A stretch of 64,000 nucleotides of DNA from the human T2T-CHM13v2.0 reference genome, Homo sapiens. Of this stretch, positions 43,700-55,339 are shown piece by piece. A program made the translations under genes and the position numbers. The stretch lies in NCBI RefSeq assembly GCF_009914755.1, contig NC_060934.1; one strand, 5' to 3'. Below the pieces are notes generated by a model, which made no database searches, was not told the DNA's origin, and was given only the letters and a program-made list of their open reading frames with translations. How positions within the stretch are numbered: the stretch's first letter is position 1; every line of letters begins with the position of its first letter.

Positions 43700-44000
43700 C
43701 CCTTTCTCTCTCTTTGACTCCTTTGTCTCTTCCTCTCTTTCCTTCTCTGACTTTGTCTGTCTCTTCCTCTCTCTCTCTCTGACTTTCTCTCTGTCTCTTC
43801 CTGTCTCCTTCTTTTGACTTCCTATCTTTCTCTTTCTCTCTCTGTCTCTCTGTCTCTTCTTCTCTCTCACTCTCTGACTTTCTATCTCTCTGTCTCCTTC
43901 TCTTTCTTTCTCTTTCTCTCTGACTCCCTCTTTGTCTCTCTCTTCCTCTCTCTGTCTCTCTGTCTGACTTTCTGTCTCTTTCTTTCCTTTCTGCTGGTCT
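43700..44000 (-). repeat. (GA)-rich low-complexity expansion inside the provirus
   Basis: About 300 bp of degenerate (CT)n/(CTGT)n on the plus strand; explains the R/E/K-rich ORFs. Confidence 0.9.
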
Positions 44001-44063
44001 TTCCCTGCCTCTGCCAGCCACTTATGCTGCTGTTCTCCTCTCTCCTTCCCCTTTTTGATGGCT

Positions 44064-46200
44064 TCAGCAGTGTAAGACTGCCACCTCCTTGGGTTTTGGC
44101 ACTGAGTGCAATAACTCCATGATTTCCTTGTGGTATTTAATAGGGGATCCCCCAGAGGTTAGGAACTCCCTTTCTTTCCATATTGCAGCACGGGCATGTA
44201 GGATTAGATAAGCATACTTGCTATCTGTATACACATTTATTCTTTTTCCCTTTCCCAGTTCTAAGGCTCGAGTAAGTGCCACTAGTTCTGCTAACTAGTT
44301 GCTGGTCCCTGGGGGAAGAGGCTTACTTCAGTATGGTTACATCACTAACTATGGCACAACCTGCCTTTTGTATCCCATTTTCCACAAATGAACTTTCATC
44401 AGTATATAGGTTAAGGTCAGGATTAGCTAAGGGGACTTGTAAAAGATCATCTCAGGCTGCATAAATCTGGACTATAATTTGTTGGCAGTCATGCTCAATT
44501 GGTTCCCCATCCTCTGGGAGAAAAGTGGCAGGGTTGAGGGCCGTGCATGTACGTATCTGAAGCACTGGTCCCTCAAGGAGTAGCACCTGGTATCTAAGTA
44601 GGCGGTTGTCTGATAGCCATAAACTTCCTTTGGCACCTAGTATGCCATTTACATCATGAGTAGTCCAGACAGTGAGATCCTTTCCTTGTATTATTTTGAT
44701 AGCCTCTGACTATTGCTACTATATCAATTTTCTTACTTAGGTATGCCACTGGTTGTGGGGTTGTCCCATGAGTCTAAGGACCCCAAGAGCTATTCCTGCT
44801 CTCTCTGTGATGTATAAAGAAAAGTTTTGTCCTGTGGGAAAGCTTAAAGCTGGAGCTTTTACTAGGGTCTGCTTTAAGGTTTTGAAGGCTGTTTCTGCCC
44901 CTGGTTCCCATTCTACTAGATGAGTATTTGCCCTCTGGGTCTCCTTGATTAGAGTATAGAGGGGCCTGGCTATCTCCTTGTATCTGGGGATCCACAGTCA
45001 GCAAAAGCCGATGATTCCAAGGAACCCCCACAACTGTTTTAATGTCTTAGGGTGAGCATAATCCAGTGTAGGCTGCTTTCGTTCCTTGCTGAGGGCCCTG
45101 GTCCCTCTGGCTAAGATTAGGCCTAGATATTTGGCCTGCTGTAGGCAAAGCTGGGTCTTCGACCTAGATGCCTTGTACCCTTGATTAGCTAGAAATTTCA
45201 AGAGATCTAGAGTCGCCTGCTGGGATGAGGCTTCCAAACAGGTAGCCAAAAGTAAATCATCCACATATTGAAGGACCAGAGTGCCTGGACTTGAGAAGTT
45301 ACCTAGATCTTGGGCCAGTGCCTGAGCAAACAGATGAAGGCTATCCCTAAACCCTTGGGGCACAACTATCCATGTAAGTTGGGACGTGTGGTCTGTGGTA
45401 TCCTCAAAGGCAAAGAGAAACTGGGAGTCAGAGTGCAGGAGAATACAGAAGAAGGCATCCTTGAGGTCCAGAACAGCAAACCAATCTGCCTCCCTTGGCA
45501 TTTGAGAGAGCAGGGTACAGGGGTTCAGTACAACTGGACATAGAGGAACCACCACCTCATTGATGAGTCCAAGATCCTGCACTAGTCTCCAATGACCTTT
45601 TGATTATTGTACTCCTAGAATTGGGGTGTTGCAGGGACTGCTGCATTTCCTTACTAAGCCTTGAGCTTTTAAATGTTTAACAATATCCTGTAATCCTTTA
45701 TGAGCTTCAGGCCTTGAGGGATATTGCCTTTGATAAGGAAAAGTGGTGGGGTCTTTTAGCCTGATTTGGACTGGGTGGGCATTTTTTACCCTTCCAAATT
45801 GTCCTTCCAGTGTCCAGACTCCAGGGTTGATTCCCTCCTCAAGTAGGGGAAAACAAATGGGTAAATTGTTCCCCATATTCATGTAGATAATAGCTCCAGC
45901 TTTGGCTAATATATTCCTCCCTAATAAGGGTGTGGGACTTTCAGGCATAACAAGAAGGCATGTGAAAAGAGCAAAGTCTCCCAATTACAACTGAGGAGGT
46001 AGGAGAAATACCTGGTTACAGGATGTCCCAGGATTCCTTGGATGGTAAAACCTTGAGGACAGTCATCCAGGACAAGAGATTAACACTGAGAAGGCCATGC
46101 CAGTGTCCAGGAGGAAGTCAATTTCCTGGCCCTCAATGGTTAAATGTAACCGGGGCTCAATAAGGGTCATAACATGAGCTGGCACTTGCCCTGGGCACCC
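44064..46200 (-). pseudogene. pol: HERV9 pro-pol (protease, RT, RNase H), frameshifted; integrase absent
   Basis: PLLGR, LDLKDAFF, PQGF, QYVDDLLL in ORFs 45604..45984 and 44998..45582; RNase H VYTDSKYA in 44064..44282. Confidence 0.92.
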
Positions 46201-47661
46201 TCAGTCCTGTTGTTGGATCATCTGGTTGGGGACTTCTTGCCCAGAGAACCACTGCACTCAGGGGCAGTGCACCTTCCAGTGATTGCCTCAGCATAGTGGA
46301 CATGGACGAGGGGGCGGCTTGTTTCTCACTGGACAATCTTTTTTAAAGTGTCCTTGTAAACCACACTGATAACAAGCCCTCCCAGGTGATTGGCCTGCTC
46401 CATTTTTTGTCCTTTCTGAACCACCAAGGTTTGTTTGTCTGAGGACCATGACTAAGGCTGTGGCCTTTCTCTGATCTCACTTTTCCTTTTGGGTCTGTTC
46501 CTCTTGATCCCTATTATAGAACACCGAGGTTACCAGGTTTAATAATGCCTCCAGATTTTGTTCAGGACCCAGGGCTCGCTTCTGGAGCCCTCTCCTGATA
46601 TCTGCAGCTGATTGGGTAATAAACTTATCTTTTAGGATCAATTGACCCTCGAGTGAGTCAGGTGACAGGGGAGTATATTTTCTTAAGGCCTCCCATAGCC
46701 ACTTGAGGAAGGCAGAAGGATTTTCTTCCTTTCCCTGAGTTATGGTGGACATCATTGAATAATTCATGGGCTTTTTCCTAATTCTCCTTAGTCCTTCTAG
46801 AGCACAGGTCATTGGATGTTTACAACTCCAGTCCCCATAATCTGAGTCGAGGTCCCAGTGGGGATCCATACTGGGGAAGGCTTTTTGACCAGTAGAGAAT
46901 TTGTCCCTTTCTTCAGCTGTCATCCTATCATTTACTTCACTAAGACACCAGGTATCTCCAAACTCTTGGGCTGCAGCTAAAGCCACATTCTTTTCATTAA
47001 AGGCCAGGGTTTGATCTAACAATAGCAAGATATCTCTTCAAGTGAGATCAAAGGTTTGCCCTAGACCCTGTAGGACATCTATGTACCTATCAGGATCATC
47101 TGAAAACTTCCCCAGGTCTGCGTTGATCTGCTTTAAATCAGAGAGGGAGAAGGGGACATGTACCTGGGTTGGGCCAAATTCTCCTTCCCCTACAGCTTGA
47201 AGGGTACATAACCAATATCCCGGGGGTTTTTGTGGTCCCTTGGAGATTTCTTTGCTTATTTCCTTCTGGGTGGGGGAGATTAGAGGAGGCTTATCATTAA
47301 TAGGGAGCGGAGCTATAGGGAGGCTAGGATATGGGGGTAAGCTGAAAGGTCCTCCTGTGGGATGTAAATTGCAAGCTTTGCATAGTTGTGTATTCACCTT
47401 CAATGAAAAGAAAGCTTGGACATAAGGTATTTCACTCCATTTGCCTTCCCTCTTACAGAAAAGGCCAAGCTGCAGGATAGTATTGTAATTTATACTTCCC
47501 TCAGGTGGCCATTTATCCCCATCAGAGAGAGAATATTGGGGCCAGGCCATAGTGCAGAAAAAAATGAGCCACCTCTTTTTCAGGGTTTGCGGGTCAAATT
47601 GGTCCCAATGGCTTAGGACACATTTCAAGGGTGAGCCTGTTGATGCCTGAGTGTTTCCCAT
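46200..47661 (-). pseudogene. gag: HERV9 gag (MA, CA, NC), disrupted
   Basis: ORFs 47038..47661 (MGNTQASTGSPLKC..WPPEGS) and 46477..47028 (ITQGKEENPSAFL major homology region); break near 47035. Confidence 0.9.
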
Positions 47662-48813
47662 CTGAAAGACAAAACTGCCCGTGCTTTTGGTTTGTTTTGT
47701 TTCTCCCTCTGCCCAAGAACCCGCAACAGTCCCTGGACCCTGCTGATCAGAATAGTTGCACTCACCAACGCAGCAGCAGAAACACTAGTTTTCCTCCTAG
47801 ACCACAAGGAGGACTGAGGAAGGTCAGATTTAGTGGCCCTTATCAATGTATTCTCCAAAACCTGCACCCTTGCCTGTCCTCCTAGACCACAAGGAGGACC
47901 AAGAAAAATTGGATTTAGTGGCCCTTACTGACACATTCTTGAAAACCTGTTAGAGTCCTAAGCATTCTCTTGTTAGTACTGGGACCTTACCCGCATCGTA
48001 TAAAGGTGTTATGCCCCAAAAATGAAGCAGAGGGCCATATCCTGAGGAAGGGAAGGGATCTCCAGAGTTGGAAGAGTGATGCCTTTTGTCCTCACTTATA
48101 TGAATAGGAAGGATACAATTTCTGATGCTACCCATATCCTAGCTTCAGGAATAGCTATTGATAGGCCTGCTTGTCTGAGGAGGGATCCTAAAATTCCAGA
48201 TAGTACCCCCTACAATGGGGCTTTGGGCAAAGATTATGTCTTTCTGATTGGTGAACCCAGGTGCCTAAAGAAGGTAACAGAGTCCTGGAGTTTATATTAG
48301 AAATCATTCTTACAGGAGAACCTAGAAAAGCAACAGAGACAGGGAGTGGTTTTTAGAAGCGGGACTAGCCTCAGAGAAGAGAGGCGAGAGGAAATTTGTC
48401 TGACAGGCATTAGGACCCAGGAGGCAAGGGTCAGGATAGATAGGATAGATGGGCAAGTCTTGCTTGGGTGACATGACTTTGAGAGTTTTACTCATGGCTG
48501 CAGGGCCAACCAACTTGTTGTTGGGACCCCAGAGCTGAATGGCTTTCCTCTCTGTCAACCCTCAGCTCAGCCCAGAAGTACAGGAAAAGCGGAAGCTGGT
48601 TCCAGGCCAACCAACGCTCCCAACTCCGAAGAGTTGGGGGTTGTTAGAGAGCCGTTTCCCAGAAAGCCTGACACCCGTGTCTTTAGTCTGGCGGCCATGC
48701 TAGTCACTTTTAACTGGCCAAGAGGTGCCCGGTATATAGCCCCCAAATTCTAAGGAAAAATAGGACAGAATAGCAAGCGAAAGGGGTCCAGTGGTACTCA
48801 CCGCTTGGTGATT

Positions 48814-48831
48814 GTCCCATCTGGGTCACCA
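48814..48831 (-). promoter_or_regulatory. Primer binding site, tRNA-Arg type
   Basis: TGGTGACCCAGATGGGAC just after the 5' LTR; 17/18 match to the 3' end of human tRNA-Arg(CCG) as I recall it (GTCCCATCTGGGTCGCCA). Confidence 0.85.
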
Positions 48832-48834
48832 AAA

Positions 48835-49509
48835 TGTGTCCGGAATTTATTCCTTCCAGTGGGTTCTTGGTCTCGCTGACTTCAAGAATGAAGCTGCGGA
48901 CCCTCGTGGTGAGTGTTATAGTTCTTAAAGATGGTGTGTCCGGATTTTGTTTGTTCAGATGTTCAGATGCGTCCACAGTTTTTTCCTTCCGGTGGGTTCA
49001 TGGTCTCGCTGACTTCAGGAATGAAGCCGCAGACCTTCGCAGTGAGTGCTACAGCTCATTAAGGTAGTGTGGACCCAAAGAGTGAGCAGCAGCAAGATTC
49101 ATTGTGAAGAGTGAAAGAACAAAGCTTCCACAGTGTGGAAGGGGACCCGAGTGGGTTGCCGCTGCTGGCTAGGGTGGCCAGCTTTTATTCCCTTATTTGG
49201 CCCTGCCCACGTCCTGCTGATTGGTCCATTTTACAGAGCACTGATTGGTCCATTTTACAGAGCACTGATTCATACATTTTACAGAGCACTGATTGGTCCG
49301 TTTTTACAGACCGCTGATTGGTACATTTACAAACCTTTAGCTAGACACAGAGCGCTGATTGGTGGGTTTTTACAGAGTGCTGATTGGTGCATTTACAAAC
49401 CTTTAGCTAGACACAGAGCGCTGATTGGTGCATTTACAAACCTTTAGCTAGACAGAAAAGTTCTCCAAGTCCCCACCTGACCCAGAAGCTCAGCCGGCTT
49501 CACCTCTCA
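48835..49509 (-). mobile_element. 5' LTR (LTR12 family), 675 bp
   Basis: TGAGAGGTGAAGCC start, tandem CCAATCAG repeats, GC box, GGAATAAAAGC TATA-like box (49184-49189), two U5 repeats; followed by the PBS. Confidence 0.95.
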
Positions 49510-49681
49510 GTAGTTTCCAAACTTTAATCACCAGGGAGACCAGTTAAGACACAGATTACTGGGCTCCACTTCAAAGTTTGTGATTCTGTAGGCCTGGGAT
49601 GGGGCCCAAGAATTTGAATTTCTAACAGGTTCCAGGTAATGCTGACGCTGCTCTCTAGGGACCACATTTTGGGAACCACTG
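49510..49681. mobile_element. MER5A (hAT-Charlie MITE) whose TIR was the provirus target site
   Basis: Removing the provirus restores CAGTAGTTTCCAAAC; other end is TTTGGGAACCACTG. Confidence 0.8.
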
Positions 49682-50366
49682 CTCTGGGGCTCTCCACTTG
49701 CAGATTGGCCCACCTGAGATTTGAAGACATTTCAGATCTCTTGTTAAAGAAGACCTTTCATCTTCAGAGGAATGATGATCCCTACCTGCTTCCTGAACCA
49801 CCAATTCGTAGGTGGGATCCAGATGTGCCCCTTCCTGTTTGACAAGTACAACACATGCCCCTGGCTTTGTGCATCGCAGCTCAAATTCTCCTCCTCTCAG
49901 GCCAACCCTACCCCTTCCTTTTCCCCATCCCTGTCTGACTTTCATTCTTTCTAGTCTATCCCTACCCTTTCTCTGCTTAACGTCAAGGTGAGCCTTAAGT
50001 CTCATTCTATTCCATTGCACCTGAGATACTCCCACCCCAACTTGCAGTTAGCTTGCTATACCCAGGTTCAACTCTTCATCCCTAGAAACTTCATTCTGCT
50101 TCTTTCTTTATCTAAGGCAATTTATTACTACACCTACAATTAACCAAATTCTTTCCACTTTGATGTCACTTCCTCTCTTAATCCTAACAGACTTAACTCT
50201 CCAAGTTCCACCAATATCTAAGTATATTTCTTAAACCCTTGCATGAGATTACTACCTGGGTTCCATTATTTGTTCATGGTATTGTTTCTAAGTTTGGAAC
50301 TGAAAAAGAAAAAATTCTTGGCCAAATAGCAACTGCAAATACAACTGAGATCAGCACCTGGCTTAC

Positions 50367-50517
50367 CGTAAACAAACCACTGCATCTGAAATCCTTTCTC
50401 ACGGCGGCCAACCCCATCTGTAAGGAGCAGCACTTGAAGCTTGGAGCTTGTAGTACTCCCTGGAGGGGGCAGGTCTACTCCACAGTAGCGTCCCATCTGC
50501 CGTGGTCCATCATAGAG
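50367..50517 (-). CDS. CUBN: Cubilin coding exon (exon 28; C-terminal half of CUB8): [51 protein letters not shown]
   Basis: CUB motifs YDG..GRYCG and TD..GF; acceptor tttcag|CTC and donor TACG|gtaagc; 151 nt, phase 0 in and phase 1 out; peptide recognised as cubilin. Confidence 0.96.
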
Positions 50518-50889
50518 CTGAAATTGAAGAGAAACTTTCCCATATAAAAACACATGGTTTGTGGGATGGAAAAATCCAAGTCTACACAAGTAGCAAAAGC
50601 TGTTCCTTGGTTCAAAAGTTAGAGGTAAATCTGCTGAGGTGGGTTGAGTACACAGAACTCAACATAAGAATTAAAAATTGATAATTGCATAGAGAGGGTA
50701 TTAGAGATGGATCTGATTCCTAAGCCCAATAAATTTGGAAACCCAACTAGTAACTTTTGGTTTTATGTCAACCTAGCAAGTCCAAAGTATAATTCAGGCT
50801 CAGAATACGGAAATAGTAGGCATTCACATATTAACAACACATAGGGGGGCTCAATGAATAGCAGCTATTATAATTGTAAGATATAATTT

Positions 50890-51740
50890 AAAAATATTTT
50901 TAAATGTTTATGGGTACATAGTAGGTGTATATATTTATAGGGTACATGAGATACTTTGACACAGGCATGCAATGTATAATAATCACATCATAGAAAATGG
51001 GGTAGCCATCCCTTCAAGAGGTAATTTTTAAAATAAATGCTACCTGTAAAATAATCAGACATTTTAGAAATATATGAAAAAGGAAAATACAAATATTGAT
51101 TCGACTAAAGACAAACACTGTTAATATTTCATTAAATCCAAAAATTTCTCTTGATACTTTTTTCATTTGTATATATGTGTAATATACCTATTTGTGCAGG
51201 TGTATATATGTGTTTATACATTTGAGCTATGTATTTAATTGTGTTTCTTGTTTTTCATTGAACATATCACTTAATTGTGTAAACCTTGGTGTAAAATGCC
51301 ACAAATATAATGTATTTATATTATAATTCTATTGTTGTTTCATTTAAGATATTTCCAATCTTTTGCTGATATAAATAGCTGTTTGATACTTCAAATGTTT
51401 CTTTTAAAAGATTCCTAGAAAGGGAATAACAAACAGTATAATCATATGGCTCTTTATAAAATATTATTAAATTTCTTACCAGAAAGTTTATACCAACCTA
51501 TCCTCCCACAAGCAGTTAACAGAGGTGTTTCTTTCAGTGGAGCTTTGTCAATTATGATGACGATCATGTTTTAAACTAGTACTGACAGTGAAAAACTGCC
51601 TTTTTGTAATTGTCTTAACTTGTGTTATTTTAATTACTTTGACATTGAAGGATTTTTTTTTTCATGTTTAGGGGCATTTAGATTTCTTCTCTTGTAAATT
51701 GTTTACTGATGTCTTCGTCCATTTTTCCATTGAGGTATTT
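50890..51740 (-). mobile_element. L1MA 3' fragment plus older L1M fragments
   Basis: gggtacatagtaggtgtatatatttatagggtacatgag and degenerate L1M blocks. Confidence 0.65.
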
Positions 51741-54700
51741 ATACATCTTCAAGGAGAAATGGAGGGTGCAAGGTTGTGTCCCCTTAACCTACCTCATTTA
51801 ATGATTTTATCAGCTGTATATCTCCAAACTGAAAAATAAAAATTAAAAAACACAAAAATCTCTCTACTATATCTCTTCACTTGAGAAAGATAATGGCAAT
51901 CCAACAAGACTGGCTTCCTCAGGACTAAGGCCATTACATTTTCACCTAATCGCCTTCATGTTCCCTTTAAACACTTTGTTCCAGTTACCCTTGGGATAAG
52001 CTGCCCATGACAACGAAACATAAAATACCTGGTAATGGACTCATGGATTTCCTCGAGGATGCCCTTGGAGAGTACATCTACTTAAGAGTATGTGTGAGTG
52101 TCTGTGTGTTTGCACGTGTCCGTGCATAAATGTATAATCTGGATTCAATGAATTCCAGACTGATCAAATTATTTTCATTGAAAAAAAATGTTATGACATG
52201 AAATATTGTTTGAAACATATTGATTTGAGTGTGGAGAACTTTACCACCAAATGTTACAAAGCACCTCCATGGAGCCGCCCCTAATCCCTGCAGTCAGGCA
52301 TAAATTAGTCTGCCTTTGAAAGCCCTTGCTTTTCATCTGTGCTTCTTTTGTGGAAATGATCACATCCCCAGGCATTCTTGTTATGGGCTTGTGTGTCTTA
52401 CCTCCCCTACTGATTGTGAGTCGCCTTAAAGCACAGACCACCTCTGGCCTTCCCCTCACTGCCCAGAGCAGGGCTTTGATAAAGGCAGGTTCCCCATGCA
52501 TCTCCAATGAATGAACGCAGTGATTTCCCCCGCCAGCTGTATTTATTTTACTTAGGACCCAATCTGCACGATTATTTGCACTCTGTACAGTTAGATAGGT
52601 AGTAGTGCCATACAATCCTCAATTTCAACAGGCTCCTCTTAGACCATAAAGGATTTGGACCCTTTGTGCCACTCCGTAGAAGGGAGAACCAGGTGAGGGC
52701 CTTGTTTAAGGTTATGATAAATCGCAGATTTTTAAACCTTGGCCTGTCTCGCTGAGTTCTCAAATCGGCTGCTCATCATAAGTGCTTGTGAGATTTCAGG
52801 GAAGGTCAGCAGATATTTTTAAAAAGACAAGCTCAGAAGCCTATTATGTCATTCACCCCAAAGCACTAAACCTAAGCATTTTAAGCAAATGAATAAAGAT
52901 GAGTTTTATTTTTCAGGCTTACTGCTGTAGCTTCCTTTTTTTCTGTTTTTCGTACTGCTGCTTTGAATGTGTATATTTATTATCAAGTTTCTAATATTCT
53001 ACACATTTATCAGAAGCCTCCCCTATAATGAATAGGGGAGAATAAGAGAAGAATAAAGCAACAGAAAATGAAGAGGGAAACGAAACGGAACAGAAGCTTT
53101 TCACCTTAGCGTTCAGTCCCACCCTCTCCTGCAGGCGGAGAAACCGGAGGGCGAGAGGCCAACCTTGCAGCCTGTGCTTCTAAATCCCTGCTTCCCTGCA
53201 GGAGATTCATCTCAGCTTTAGAGTTTTTCTTAATTCTAGGGCATGAAGTACAGTTCTAAACTAATTAGCACAGAAACAAACATACTGCTCCCAAGTAGTG
53301 GAGTAATTAGCAAGCAAATGCTCTACCATCTTTCACTCCCCAAATCTTAACCTTTGGATTGTAATTTAGTGACCAAAGCATAAATTATTTCATTTCTGTC
53401 AGGCCTCTGAGCCCAGGCTAAGTCATCATAACCCTTATCCAACAAAACATAGGTAAGATTTCTCCATAACTATAATCACCCTAAGCTCGATGTGTCTTAC
53501 GGAATACTAGGTCGCAGCATGTTGCGGAATTATATTTCAATCCTGCACAAGGTCATGAACAGCATAGCATTTTTGCCTGTCAGCTCTGCAAGATTAAGAA
53601 ATGTGGCATTTTCACGTGACTTAAAGAGATTTCTTTTTTTTCCTTCCTTCTGGATGGGATTACGCATTGAAGGAGACCCCTGGATCTCAGCTGTTCAGTG
53701 GTCTTTAATAACACATTGTAAAAGTACTGGGTGGGGGTGGAGGGGCTAGGCAGTAGGTTTGGGGGGCAACACTGATGAATGACAATTAGTTTCTTTTTGC
53801 CTTTGGGGGGAGAAAATTATGCATTAAAATAAGCATCAAATAGACATTTATGAAAATGCTTAAATATAATGTCCAATCTAGTAATAAATGTGTAGAACAA
53901 TGTCTCGAAAAGGAAAAAAAAAAAAACTCATACCTCGTTTTTTAAAGTTTGCCGTTAATAAAATCAGGTTTTTTGTTTATATTCACACAGATGGGTAACG
54001 TCACCTCTACAATTCATTCCCGCGCAAATTGACCACCCAAAACCACACAAAAAGGAACAGTCATTTTTCAAAGTATACAAATACAGGTTACCATGGAAAG
54101 CCGTCTCACTGATTCTGATTCTGTTTTCAGAGCAGAATGTTAACCACAGGACGTTCCAGCTGTGACTCATTGCAACTACTGACAAGCAAGCTGGAGTGGC
54201 CCTGCTTTTAGAGAGCCTGAAGATCTACTCAGAGTGAACAATACTTGAAGTTCTAATTGAGTTACAGAAAGGAAACTAGTAAAAACTAAGAAAGATTGCG
54301 ATTCTCACCTTGAATATGCAGATCTAATTTCTATAACTGTGTTTAGGGGTATTTTTCTAAATTACTAAAATAATGCTTACATTTTCAAATTGGCCATTAA
54401 ATATATCTTCAGATGCGGAGATGTGTATATTACAAAACCTTCCTCTGTGAAATCTTTTGTTATTCTCTTAAAGAGATTATTCATTTAGGATTTTCGTGGC
54501 TTAGGTCCCCCCACCCCCACCCTACCCCCAAATATCTCAACTCCTCTTGACACACTCAGAGAGGAAGGAAATCTCTTGCCTTAGCCATACTTACCAGTTT
54601 CTACTTCCTTTGTGCGGGTTTGATAATTTGGCACATACTTTACAATACCATTAGTGAATTCAGACTCCAGTTGCAATAGGAAGTGATCCGTGGACTTCTA

Positions 54701-55042
54701 AATAGGAAGGACCCATAACAAAGGGGAGGATATAACACTAAAGACACCACGTGTGGTCAATCACTGATAGAGATCCAATTTTTTTGTAAGATTGAGGGTA
54801 CTTAGGAGTCACTGAAAGTCAAGTTCTAAGTGAGCAGAGACCCAGACACCCCACCTGTCCCCTCAGTAGAAATCAACTTTATGAACTGCAGGATCTCCAA
54901 GAACAAAAATATGTCTTTCAAGTGCCTTGCTTGCTAAATTGTTTCATGGCTAAAAATTTAAAACTGTAATAAATTAAAATTACAAGTAATTATCTTATAT
55001 ATATGAGCTTGGGATGTAGAGATTAACTTTTTTTCTTAACTA

Positions 55043-55339
55043 TTTTTTTGTTTGTTTGAGACAGGATCTTGCTCTGTTGCACAGGCTGGAGTGCAGTGGT
55101 GCAATAAGGTTAACTGTAGCCTCACCCTCCCAGGCTCAAGCAATCCTCCTGCCTAAGCCTCCTGATGGCTGAAACTACAGGCATGCAGTACCATGCCCAG
55201 CTACTTTTTTTGTATTTTTTGTAGAGACAGAGTTTCGCCATGTTGCCCAGGCTGGTCTCGAACTCCTGGGCTCAAGCAATCTGCCCACCTCGGCTTCCCA
55301 AAGAGCTGAGATTACAAGTGCGAGCCACCATGCCCAGCC
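55043..55339 (-). mobile_element. Alu (AluJ-like)
   Basis: Reverse dimer. Confidence 0.9.

Larger units (their letters stand above)
41722..49509 (-). mobile_element. HERV9 (ERV9/LTR12) provirus, 7.8 kb, two LTRs, defective gag-pro-pol-env, sense to CUBN
   Basis: 4-bp TSD GTAG (41718-41721 and 49510-49513); LTRs begin TGAGAGGTG/TAAGAGGTG and end GACACA; PBS, PPT and gag/pol/env homology in order. Confidence 0.95.

Noticed and set aside
43594-44122. R/E/K-rich and L/S-rich ORFs
   Set aside because: Translations of the GA/CT low-complexity tract
44064-47661. Replication-competent or coding gag/pol
   Set aside because: Multiple stops and frameshifts; no integrase
48814-48831. tRNA gene
   Set aside because: Only the 18-nt retroviral PBS; no tRNA body
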